This document shows, in pieces, positions 46,095-55,339 of a stretch of DNA of 64,000 bases; position 1 is the stretch's first letter; every line of letters begins with the position of its first letter. A program made the position numbers and the translations under genes. The stretch comes from Bacteroidia bacterium (GTDB lineage Bacteria > Bacteroidota > Bacteroidia > NS11-12g > UBA955), in NCBI GenBank assembly GCA_044224315.1, contig JBGAKR010000002.1:464464-528463 (forward strand). The letters are read 5' to 3'. The notes beneath the pieces were generated by a model that was not told the origin of the DNA, made no database searches, and saw only the letters and a program-made list of their open reading frames with translations.

Positions 46095-48049
46095 AGCGCA
46101 CTCCTTTTACCGTTTTTTAAAAAATACTGTATTAAATACGTGTCTTCTGGCTTGTAATCAAGCAACTGCAAGGTGGCATAATTATACTTTGCTCCAACTA
46201 CACACAAGGTTTGCAGACCAGTTGACCTTCCGTTTCGCCATATTTTAAAATGGGATATCTCATAATTCTCAGGATTTTTCCAGTAGAAATAAAGTTTGCG
46301 GGTATTGGAATCAAATTGAATAAATGAAAATTCCAACTTTGGCAAAAGCAACACCGGATTGGTTTTTACATTTATTCTAGGAGAATTATGAGATAATGAG
46401 TCATTTTTTCCTACCGCATACAATTCATATTCATACTCACAATCTGCTAACACTGCCGTATCTGTGTAAAACTGAATATTGCCCGGAACATCGATATAAT
46501 TTTGTTCTCCTTTTGGCATACTGCGCTTAATCAGAGTCCATTTTTTTGGTTTTCTCTCACCTGCTTCCCAAAACAAATCGATGCGATTAAGGCCCAACTT
46601 ATAATTTGTAATCACCGGTGTTTCCGGCAAACGTAAATCGGCAAGTATACAAGGCCATATACGAGATTTAACAGACTCGTTATACCTAAAATCCACAGCC
46701 TCAATCCTATAATAAACACTATCTCTGTGTACACTCAAACGCAGAGTATCAAGAAAAAAAGTATCGCCCAAGATGGTATTCGTCAAACAAGTAAATTCTG
46801 CATCCCTTATAAAACTCCGGAATACTTTATAACCCATTGCATCCGTAGATTGAGATTTAGTCCAGCTCAAATTCACAAATCTATTTTTGTCAATTTCAAC
46901 CATTAGTCGAACAGGGGTAAGCGGAGCCATTGAATCGTTTATCTGGTAGTAAATTGAATTTGAGCATATTTCGGTACCATCCCAACAAACCTGATAATAT
47001 CCCTCAGTATCAATAAAACACACTGCAGAATCCATTTGAGATATATGCCTGACAATACAAAATGCACCAACAGGAGTAGCCGAATATCGCACGCTAAAAC
47101 CCAATTGATGCGGCGTGTTTGGGACGTCCCAAACAAGTTTAACTCTATTATTTAATTCAAGGAATGCAAGATTCTGAGGTTCTAACAATGGGGGTTGATA
47201 ATTAAAATCTATACTCGTCGCATCGGATACCACGCCCGAATCGCCAAACAACGTGTAAGCTTTGAAACGGTAGTATAATCTGGCACTTTCTGTATTCGTA
47301 AAATCCAAATAAATATTATTACTTTTTCCATTTAATTTTAGGGAAGGGTAAATCGGTTCCTTATGAATTGACTGATATTCTATTCCGTTTACGCTTTTTT
47401 GAATGAAATAATACATGTAATTATTTTGGGTGATATCCCACTCTACATTTACCGATATATTATTTGCCAAAAGTCCCGGTTTTGATGGAGCATGAAACGC
47501 ATCGGCTCCATCGAAATAAATCAACTGGCTCACAGTATCCAATTCTGATCTGATAAAAAATTGGTACAAATAAGCTTTTCCTTTTTTCGCAGTTTGATCC
47601 AATAAACCCAAACCACTACAATGAGTATTTTGTAAAGACTTAAATGCAGTTAAAACTGCCAACGGAAATAATTGTTGCTTTGACCGAATCCCATAAATAT
47701 CATTTGAATCAGAATTCCTGCCAGGATACAACAATTCCATAATAAACCCCAAATCCGCATTAGTTGCAGACTTCTGCATCATTTCAGATGAATCCAGGGC
47801 TTTTGTTGGCATATACTCAGATTTGATTAACTCCCCACTCCCACCCGGTTCAGGCATTTCCCAACGCACAACTCCAATTCCGTTTTTGGCAATTTTTTGC
47901 CATGTGAGGATGTCTTTCGGAAAAAATCTGAAGGCAATCCCATCCTCATATTTTTTATATGCAATTTTGAATACTGAACTATCCGCTGAACCAGAGGCTG
48001 TCAGACTATAATTTAACAAATATATTAATCCTAAAAAAAGCAATCTCAT
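46091..48049 (-). CDS. secreted protein with about five FN3-like repeats
   Basis: 652 aa. A recurring module reads V-(N/K)-L-x-W...Y-x-(V/I)-(F/W)-R...Y-(Y/E)-Y, e.g. VNLSWTKSQSTDAMGYKVFRS...VYYRIEAVD and IDLFWEAG...YEYELYAVG. Both ends overlap neighbouring genes by 4 nt. Confidence 0.5.
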   Translation of the reverse strand: MRLLFLGLIYLLNYSLTASGSADSSVFKIAYKKYEDGIAFRFFPKDILTWQKIAKNGIGVVRWEMPEPGGSGELIKSEYMPTKALDSSEMMQKSATNADLGFIMELLYPGRNSDSNDIYGIRSKQQLFPLAVLTAFKSLQNTHCSGLGLLDQTAKKGKAYLYQFFIRSELDTVSQLIYFDGADAFHAPSKPGLLANNISVNVEWDITQNNYMYYFIQKSVNGIEYQSIHKEPIYPSLKLNGKSNNIYLDFTNTESARLYYRFKAYTLFGDSGVVSDATSIDFNYQPPLLEPQNLAFLELNNRVKLVWDVPNTPHQLGFSVRYSATPVGAFCIVRHISQMDSAVCFIDTEGYYQVCWDGTEICSNSIYYQINDSMAPLTPVRLMVEIDKNRFVNLSWTKSQSTDAMGYKVFRSFIRDAEFTCLTNTILGDTFFLDTLRLSVHRDSVYYRIEAVDFRYNESVKSRIWPCILADLRLPETPVITNYKLGLNRIDLFWEAGERKPKKWTLIKRSMPKGEQNYIDVPGNIQFYTDTAVLADCEYEYELYAVGKNDSLSHNSPRINVKTNPVLLLPKLEFSFIQFDSNTRKLYFYWKNPENYEISHFKIWRNGRSTGLQTLCVVGAKYNYATLQLLDYKPEDTYLIQYFLKNGKRSAL

Positions 48050-51000
48050 GGACGGTAAAATGAAGTTTTTAATTCCACAGGAACAATTGGCGCATACACA
48101 TGATGAAACGAAAAACCATAATGATTCTGGGCATAATAATCTGTCACTTCTAACATGCTTAAATCATATAAAATACCGGATAATGTTGAAACTGTTTTAG
48201 CGCTAGCGATGGGTGGGGTGCTGGAGGTAATTAAACCGGGCAAAGAGGATAAAGGCAATACCGGTGCTAAGGGAAAAGAGACCAAAGCATAAGAATTAGG
48301 GGTTACTGATCTAGCACCTGCATTAAAATTATGGATATAATCTGAAACTACAGATTTGGAAATAAATCCCGTTATCAATCTTGCCGAGAGCCGGGATTTT
48401 ATATCTTCCAAATCCTCATTACTCACGTTTCGTATTCCATATTCTAAATCTACCGTCGTGCAAGGGTAATTAAAATCCTTTCCCGACTTAGCATCTGTAA
48501 CATTTAATAATATAGCAGTTGGGCTCTCCTGTATGACCCCTACAGCCCCCAAAGGCAATAATCCATAGTTTGAGGTGTCTCTACTCAAATAAAATTCCGG
48601 CTTCTCTTTTTTGAAAAGATAGTAAACTTTATTCCTAAGTTCATTATCCAACCATGGTGTTTGAAAAGCAGAAGCGCGGATTCTCAATGCGCCAGCATTG
48701 GAAACTTCCATTTCTTCAAAATATTCTTCCTTTGTGTTTTTTAATTGAAATATAAGGTTACCCGCGTTGTTCATTTCTACTTTTTGAACGGTCAAATCCT
48801 TTACCTTCTCGGTAAAAGTGGTGTAATTACTGCACCTAAACCAAAACTCAAGCAGAACAGCAGTTTTATTACTCGTGGCGGCAACAGTTAAGTTTGTGGC
48901 GGCAGAAATTACACTTGCATTTGTATAAGATCCAGTCGTATTTCCAGTCCCATTCACATAATTCAATGGCACTCTCACAATTCTAAATCGATAATATTTT
49001 CCAGGTTTCAATGATTTAGGTGTGACAAATTCAACTGTACCATTCTTATACTGGGCCGCAATTTCCTCAACTGCACTGCCCTTGTAATCCAGGATGGATA
49101 TTATGCTTTTAGTTCCTGAAACATTAAAAAGATAATCTTGAGGTATTTTTAATATTACTTTTCCAGTTTTACTTTCTGCTGGATAATAATTGAGCTGATT
49201 TATACACGGCCATGAAAAGGCAATATTAACGGGTGTAATTTGTATTGGCAATTTACCTGTTTTATACAAAATCGATACACTCTCTTCTTGTACTTTTCCA
49301 TTTATCATCACCAATTTTTCGCCGGCTTTAGTAATCTCAAATAATTGAATGACACCTTTTATTATATAATTCGAATTTTCGGCCAGGGCAGAATTTAAAT
49401 CCACAGCAACTTTGGTATAATCTGAATTCCACTTCCATTGCACTGCAACCACTCCGGCAGGACCTTGAAGCAAGGGATTCATCCATTTAAACTTATAAGT
49501 TTTACCATCTGGATTTGTAAATGCAACATTTACCGCAGTGCTGAATTCAATATAATATTGCTCGATTGGATTTACATTTACAGAATTATTTTCAGGAAAT
49601 GAATTCAAAATAAACGAGCCATTGTTTATCTTTTGCTGTTGCAGTTGGCACGGTGAACCTAATTCTATTTTAATAAAATCATTGAATTTCCAAAACCCAC
49701 CCAAATTAAATTCTACACCCAATTTCCCGTTTGCATAAGTGGGATTGGGTGCTTGGCAATTCAGCGCCATGGCGCCAGTTAGTGTCAGTACATCAATTGA
49801 AAAACTGCCGGCTTTCGCACCCAATTTTCCTTGAATAAATGTGAATAAATTCCCGTTTGCATACCAACCATTTACCCCGGGGGTTTCGTTATTTTCAATG
49901 CAAATCACATTTGAATTATACTTAACCAAATTTAAATCACCACCTGCGATGGCCCTCAAACCTGCATATAAGGAAAATTTCTTATCAGTAGCACCCGCAC
50001 TTGCCGCAGCATCAAAGGTTAAACCGTATGCAAAACCGCCACCAGAGGTAAGTTTATCTAGGTCACGTTTAACATTCAAATCTGGAGAATATTTAAGCTG
50101 GGTAATCACTTCTGCAGGCAATGGCGCTGCCGGGAGTAATTCATTCCCAGTAATAAAATATAATTTACATTTAATTGCAGTTTGTGCACCAACACTTGCC
50201 ATAACACTCATTGGCTGAGCTGGAGTTCCGGCACGTAAAAACCATTTATCCCGGGCAAACATAGCAGTCACTTCACCCGCTTTACCATTTGCCCCACTCC
50301 CCTTAATCTGGTTATTTCCAATATTATTTAAATAAATAGAAGCATTGGCCGTAAAAATATTATTTTTAAAATCCATTTTTAACATAAACGGGCCACTTAT
50401 TTTTCCTACTGGTTTGTAATTAGCTTCAAAATCTTTCCAAGCATTTCCGCTGACGGGAAGGGTCTTTGCATGCGCCACTATTTCGGCTTTACTAACTGGT
50501 ATTTTTCCCGGCATTATTTCCAGATTACCATAAAATTGGGCACCTTGTACGCCCCCATTTGTATAACATTGAATTTCGAAAATGGTACGGGCCAGATAAC
50601 TGGCATCGCTGCCTCCATTAAAGTATACCCCGGCGCGCAGTCCCAATCCTGCATTGGCATCGGGAATAAAAACGGCACCCAGGGCGGTTTGTCCCAAAGC
50701 AGGATTGGTAATTTTATCCTGCATGCTTTGTACACGCATATGGTGCCAGGCCCCGCCAATAAAGCCATTGATATTCATACCCGGAAATACCGGAATGCCC
50801 GGGCTGCCCCATTCCAGGGCCGCATCGGTATACCAGTAACGCGTGCCGTTTACATTGCCAAACAGGGCCTTGGCATTGCCTTTAATGCGGGCGCTTTTTA
50901 CCTCCAGGGCTACCTGACCGTTAAAGCCATTGCCGTAATTGGGATCGGCCTTAAAAACGTCTACCCTTCCTTTTACCACTATGCCGCTTTTTTCAAAATC

Positions 51001-51078
51001 TACGGCAATGCTTTGGATGGATATTCCGGTATACACCAATCGATCGTACCCGTTTTTCTGCTGCATCTCGGCTTGCAA
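48046..51078 (-). CDS. very large secreted/cell-surface protein of unknown function (Ig-like segment mid-protein)
   Basis: The track start at 51078 is a TTG; the first ATG is at 51066. The frame stays open upstream to a stop at 51211-51213. The NSFPENNSVNVNPIEQYYIEFSTAVN segment resembles SbsA/Big_5-type Ig domains. Confidence 0.5.
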   Translation of the reverse strand: MQAEMQQKNGYDRLVYTGISIQSIAVDFEKSGIVVKGRVDVFKADPNYGNGFNGQVALEVKSARIKGNAKALFGNVNGTRYWYTDAALEWGSPGIPVFPGMNINGFIGGAWHHMRVQSMQDKITNPALGQTALGAVFIPDANAGLGLRAGVYFNGGSDASYLARTIFEIQCYTNGGVQGAQFYGNLEIMPGKIPVSKAEIVAHAKTLPVSGNAWKDFEANYKPVGKISGPFMLKMDFKNNIFTANASIYLNNIGNNQIKGSGANGKAGEVTAMFARDKWFLRAGTPAQPMSVMASVGAQTAIKCKLYFITGNELLPAAPLPAEVITQLKYSPDLNVKRDLDKLTSGGGFAYGLTFDAAASAGATDKKFSLYAGLRAIAGGDLNLVKYNSNVICIENNETPGVNGWYANGNLFTFIQGKLGAKAGSFSIDVLTLTGAMALNCQAPNPTYANGKLGVEFNLGGFWKFNDFIKIELGSPCQLQQQKINNGSFILNSFPENNSVNVNPIEQYYIEFSTAVNVAFTNPDGKTYKFKWMNPLLQGPAGVVAVQWKWNSDYTKVAVDLNSALAENSNYIIKGVIQLFEITKAGEKLVMINGKVQEESVSILYKTGKLPIQITPVNIAFSWPCINQLNYYPAESKTGKVILKIPQDYLFNVSGTKSIISILDYKGSAVEEIAAQYKNGTVEFVTPKSLKPGKYYRFRIVRVPLNYVNGTGNTTGSYTNASVISAATNLTVAATSNKTAVLLEFWFRCSNYTTFTEKVKDLTVQKVEMNNAGNLIFQLKNTKEEYFEEMEVSNAGALRIRASAFQTPWLDNELRNKVYYLFKKEKPEFYLSRDTSNYGLLPLGAVGVIQESPTAILLNVTDAKSGKDFNYPCTTVDLEYGIRNVSNEDLEDIKSRLSARLITGFISKSVVSDYIHNFNAGARSVTPNSYALVSFPLAPVLPLSSLPGLITSSTPPIASAKTVSTLSGILYDLSMLEVTDYYAQNHYGFSFHHVYAPIVPVELKTSFYRP

Positions 51079-51176
51079 TGCAAACCCGGCGCTGGCTGAA
51101 ATATACTCGGTTAAATTTAAATCAAAACCCAGGTTGAGCTGGTATTTATTTTGGGTGCATTTGAGGCTGATTTCAT

Positions 51177-52739
51177 TTACCGAAATGGGAAAATTGGCAA
51201 TGCTGCGTTTTTATTTTGGGTATTTAATGCCAAATATTCAATCCCTAATTTGGGTTCTTTATTGCTAATCCTCAATCCCTGAAAATCAATGCCAGGCAAT
51301 TTAAACGGGGTCTCTGCATTTTGGGATTGTATGGATAAACTGCCATTCAAATTGGCCACTAGATTAATTTCGCCATGATTAATTTCGGCATGCACAAAAC
51401 TGCCTTTACTCAGCTTCAGTTGGGCAACTCGCAATGCGGGAATGGTAAGATTTTGATTTAATCCAGCCATAAATATATAATTGTCATTAAGCCCTATTTT
51501 GGCCATGTATTGCAAGCGACTGGTGTCGGGCAGTACCGGCAAACTAATGTCACCCTTGAGAGAAGCTGATTGCAAAGTATTAAAAAGAAATTCGAAACGG
51601 GCTTCAGAAATGGAAATATTCCAGCCGGCTATTTTGCCTTTTTCGAAGGATAATAAATTTTTCAATTGCATCAATCCACTGAAACCAAACTCATCGATAA
51701 ATAAATTTTGCACCCCGGCCACCAGCCTTTTGCCATCGGACTGTTTGAAATATTTGGGAAATGTAATACTGCCCTTTTGCAGGTAAAAACCCTCCCAAAT
51801 TTGAGGTTGATTGCCCAGAATATTTTGTTCGAAATAAGCTTTAGGAAATTGAAGTTCAATTGGATTTAATGATTCACTCAGGTCCAGGGTAGCGCCCGTA
51901 ATTTTAAAAACATAATCGGTAAATCCCTTTACCTGAAAGGGCGGAATAGATATTTGCGCAATGATATTATTCCATGATTGGGCCTTAAAATTAAATTCCG
52001 TTTTCATGGAAGTATTGGGCATTATTTGCCCCGAATCGGTGCATGGAATTAATAATTGATTGTTGAATTTACAGATGCCATGTATGCCAAATTCCTTGAT
52101 GGCATTGCATTCGAAGGTGGCATAATTGCCATTGGTTTTACCTCCGGGAAATGTAATGGTGACTGCATTTCCCAGCGAAAACGAAACTTGCGACAAGAGA
52201 TAGAGGGTGGCATTTTTTGCAATTCCGTTGGTTTTAGAAAATTCTACATTATCGGCCCGGAATGCAATCAACTGATTACTGTGCGGTTCACGAAATGCGA
52301 GCCCGGCGCTGAATACAGCCTTATCGGGAAGGATATCGATATTATAAATAAGCACAGCAAAACGCAGGTCTTTATTGGCTGGTGCAAGCAGGAATTCACC
52401 TTCGGGGTTTTGCTGGAAACCAGGGCCAAGGTTATCGGCGATATTGCGGTTGGCGATGCAGTGCTGAATGTGCTGTTCGATCGAATCAGCCGGCGAAGCG
52501 GCGTGGAGCGGGGCAGCCACCAAACCCACCCATATCCCCAGATTTGACAACTTTTTAAAAGTTGTCAAATCTATGGGGATAAATGGGAAAAAATTTGGGT
52601 GGGCATAATTGACAGCCGTCCAAAAACAAACCAGCATTACACCAGGAGCAATGGTAAAAACCAAACCAATTAAAAAACTGACTGCCAAATGAAATAAACC
52701 TCCGGCAGCGAAGGAAGGGTAGGAAAAAACTATATACAA
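51177..52739 (-). CDS. membrane-anchored protein of unknown function, first gene of the envelope operon; N-terminal boundary uncertain
   Basis: 520 aa with hydrophobic N-terminal segments. A perfect palindrome lies inside the putative N-terminal coding region (52536-52578). Confidence 0.45.
   Translation of the reverse strand: MYIVFSYPSFAAGGLFHLAVSFLIGLVFTIAPGVMLVCFWTAVNYAHPNFFPFIPIDLTTFKKLSNLGIWVGLVAAPLHAASPADSIEQHIQHCIANRNIADNLGPGFQQNPEGEFLLAPANKDLRFAVLIYNIDILPDKAVFSAGLAFREPHSNQLIAFRADNVEFSKTNGIAKNATLYLLSQVSFSLGNAVTITFPGGKTNGNYATFECNAIKEFGIHGICKFNNQLLIPCTDSGQIMPNTSMKTEFNFKAQSWNNIIAQISIPPFQVKGFTDYVFKITGATLDLSESLNPIELQFPKAYFEQNILGNQPQIWEGFYLQKGSITFPKYFKQSDGKRLVAGVQNLFIDEFGFSGLMQLKNLLSFEKGKIAGWNISISEARFEFLFNTLQSASLKGDISLPVLPDTSRLQYMAKIGLNDNYIFMAGLNQNLTIPALRVAQLKLSKGSFVHAEINHGEINLVANLNGSLSIQSQNAETPFKLPGIDFQGLRISNKEPKLGIEYLALNTQNKNAALPIFPFR
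52536..52578. repeat. near-perfect inverted repeat (16-bp arms around one central nt, plus a CCCC/GGGG extension)
   Basis: CCCCA-GATTTGACAACTTTT-T-AAAAGTTGTCAAATC-TA-TGGGG. Confidence 0.85.
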
Positions 52740-52790
52740 GAATATATCCGGATTAAACGGATATTGTCGGAAATACGCGAATACTAACGC

Positions 52791-54719
52791 TTATTGCCCG
52801 GCCATCCACTCCTCCATTGCCTCATCGTAGGCGGTTTTGTTGGCGTTGATTTGCGAATCTATTTTTTGGATCAGGGCAGTTAATTCTGCAATTTTATTAA
52901 AATCGGTAGCCACTTCGGGTGCGGCCAATTGCTCGGTCACCATGCTTTTTTCATGCTCCATTTCTTTAATGGCTGTTTCTAAATCAGCCATTTTTTTCTC
53001 CAATTGGTGCATGGTATTTTTACCTGGTTTTTCAACCTTGGGCTCGTTGTTTACAGGCTTGGCGCTGGTTTCGGGAACACGTTTTTTTTCTTCACCAGGA
53101 ATGGGAATATCTTTTCCTTCGCGTTTTTTGCGTTCAACCCAATCGTTATACTCATCATAAGTACCAGGATATTCGCGGATTTTTCCATTTTCAATCCACC
53201 ATATTTTATTGGCCACACGGCTTACAAAAGTACGGTCGTGCGATACCAGAATAAAGCTGCCTTTGTATCCAATCAACGCTTCGGCCAATACGCTGGTAGA
53301 GAACATATCCAAGTGATTCGTAGGCTCATCGAGCAGTAAAAAATTGGCCTGGGTAAGCAAGGTTTTGGCCAATGCCACACGGCTTTTTTCACCCCCTGAA
53401 AGTACCTTTATTTTTTTGAAAACTTCGTCTCCGGTAAATAAAAAACAACCCAAAGTACTGCGCAATTCTCCTTCGGTATATTCACCGCCAACAGTGGCCA
53501 ATTCGTTTACTAAATCGTTTTTTAAATTCAACGCTTCTAACTGGTGCTGGGCAAAGAAAGATTTTTCTACATTCCAGCCCTGCTCTACGTTTCCGTCGGC
53601 CGGCTCGCTGCCGTTGATGATGCGCAAAAGTGTACTTTTACCACGACCATTGGCACCGATTAATGCAATTTTATCACCGCGTAAAATTTGCGCATCGGTA
53701 TCATTAAATATTTCTAAATCGCCGAATTTTTTTGAAATATGATTGAGTGTAGCAATTTGTTTGCCTGGTGTAACGCGGATGTTGAAGCGAATATTCATCT
53801 CGCGGGTTTCATCCTCTAACACTTCAATTTTTTCGATTTTATCCAACATTTTTACCCGGCTTTGCACTGCTGTTGCCTTGCTGGCCTTGGCTTTAAAGCG
53901 CTGAATAAAACGCATTTGCTGGCGAATAAAATCCTGCTGATTGTCGTACCTGCGCTGCATCATTTCGTCGCGTTCCTCTTTTTGCTCGAGGTACTCGCTG
54001 AAATTACCCTTATAGTGAAACAGCTGTTGGTGGGCCACTTCGGCAATGCGGTTGACGGTATTATCCAAAAACAAACGGTCGTGACTCACAATTACAAAAG
54101 TGCCTTTATAGTCTTTTAAATATTCCTCAATCCATTGAATGGTAGGCAAATCCAAGTGGTTGGTAGGCTCATCGAGTAGCAGCAAATCGGGTTGTTGCAG
54201 CAGCAATTTAGCCAACATGGCTCGCATGCGCCACCCTCCTGAAAACAGGTTGAGGGGTTTGGTAAGTTCTTCGGTTTTAAAACCCAGGCCTTCCAGCAAT
54301 TTCTCCGCTTCGGCATGCCAGTCGTAGCCACCCAGATTGCCAAACTGATCCTGCAATTCGGTAAGACGCTGTATGCTTTTCATGTCGTGGGTGGTTTCAA
54401 TCACCTCCAACAAACGATGAATTTCCTTATCCAACGCAGCCAGGTCTTCGCGACCCTGCAGCACCACGTCGAGCACCGGGTCCTGGTAATCGATACTCAA
54501 AAGGTCCTGATTCAGGAACCCGATTTTAAGGTCGCCTGGCTTACTGAGAGAGCCTTCCCGCAATTCGTACTCGCCCGAAATGATGCGCAAAAGGGTGGAT
54601 TTACCGGTACCATTGAGGCCTACGAGGCCAATCTTTTCGTTGGGTTTTATATGCCACGAAGCATTGCGAAACAGGTATCTTCCTGCGAATTCAAAAGAAA
54701 AATCTACTAAGGCCAGCAC
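52791..54719 (-). CDS. ABC-F family ATPase (translation-factor type, two ABC domains, charged C-terminal arm)
   Basis: Walker A motifs GLNGTGKST and GANGRGKST. Signatures LSGGWRMR and LSGGEKSR. The linker and C-terminal coiled-coil are K/E-rich. A GTG at 54719 gives the family-typical N-terminus (LALVDFSFEF); the track start at 54797 is also possible. Confidence 0.85.
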   Translation of the reverse strand: MLALVDFSFEFAGRYLFRNASWHIKPNEKIGLVGLNGTGKSTLLRIISGEYELREGSLSKPGDLKIGFLNQDLLSIDYQDPVLDVVLQGREDLAALDKEIHRLLEVIETTHDMKSIQRLTELQDQFGNLGGYDWHAEAEKLLEGLGFKTEELTKPLNLFSGGWRMRAMLAKLLLQQPDLLLLDEPTNHLDLPTIQWIEEYLKDYKGTFVIVSHDRLFLDNTVNRIAEVAHQQLFHYKGNFSEYLEQKEERDEMMQRRYDNQQDFIRQQMRFIQRFKAKASKATAVQSRVKMLDKIEKIEVLEDETREMNIRFNIRVTPGKQIATLNHISKKFGDLEIFNDTDAQILRGDKIALIGANGRGKSTLLRIINGSEPADGNVEQGWNVEKSFFAQHQLEALNLKNDLVNELATVGGEYTEGELRSTLGCFLFTGDEVFKKIKVLSGGEKSRVALAKTLLTQANFLLLDEPTNHLDMFSTSVLAEALIGYKGSFILVSHDRTFVSRVANKIWWIENGKIREYPGTYDEYNDWVERKKREGKDIPIPGEEKKRVPETSAKPVNNEPKVEKPGKNTMHQLEKKMADLETAIKEMEHEKSMVTEQLAAPEVATDFNKIAELTALIQKIDSQINANKTAYDEAMEEWMAGQ

Positions 54720-54821
54720 AGCCCGCAAAGATACAGCAGTTTTGCGAGATTTTCGAATGAAAATGCGGGGGTTTAGGGTAAATTTTGGTACCCTCAAAGA
54801 ACAGGATTGTGCGAGATTTTG

Positions 54822-55211
54822 CTAATCCTCTGCCCGCTTTTTGATGTACTGCAGCGAACCCATCAGCGAGGTATAATCCTCGGTAGACTTGTTGCGATAT
54901 TTAATCTGATAAAAATATACACCCTCTTTCAATTCATCTTCGTCTACCAGCAGCACGTTTAACAATATTTCATCGGGCACACAAGTTTTGGCAACCAGAC
55001 TGCCCCAGCGATCAAACAATTTAAATTCAAATTCATTGGCTATTATACTAAAATTACAATTGCCGCGAATGGAATGGCTCAATAACAAAACGGCATTTTT
55101 TTTGGCAATTGTATCGCCGGCCACTGTAACTGACGTGTTAACTGAATACCCACTGACAGAGGTTGCACTCAGGCATGTCAGACCTACAATCAAATACAAT
55201 AATTTTTTCAT
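54822..55211 (-). CDS. small secreted protein with a type-B-CTD-like C-terminal module
   Basis: Signal peptide MKKLLYLIVGLTCLSA. The segment FKLFDRWGSLV...EGVYFYQIKY resembles the gliding-motility-associated C-terminal domain. Confidence 0.45.
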   Translation of the reverse strand: MKKLLYLIVGLTCLSATSVSGYSVNTSVTVAGDTIAKKNAVLLLSHSIRGNCNFSIIANEFEFKLFDRWGSLVAKTCVPDEILLNVLLVDEDELKEGVYFYQIKYRNKSTEDYTSLMGSLQYIKKRAED

Positions 55212-55339
55212 ACGAAACAACATACAATGATCGGAATTAAATACATGAAAACCAAAGGGAACCACAAACGCATTTTTGTTTTCAATATTTTTAACTATGT
55301 TTGTACATAACCCTTTTAAGCTATTGAATATTTAAACCT

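Noticed and set aside
51078-51177. Treating the 100-bp gap between the 520-aa and 1,010-aa ORFs as an intergenic promoter region
   Set aside because: The downstream frame is open right across the gap and the genes are otherwise tightly coupled. It is reported instead as a possible frameshift or alternative-start junction.
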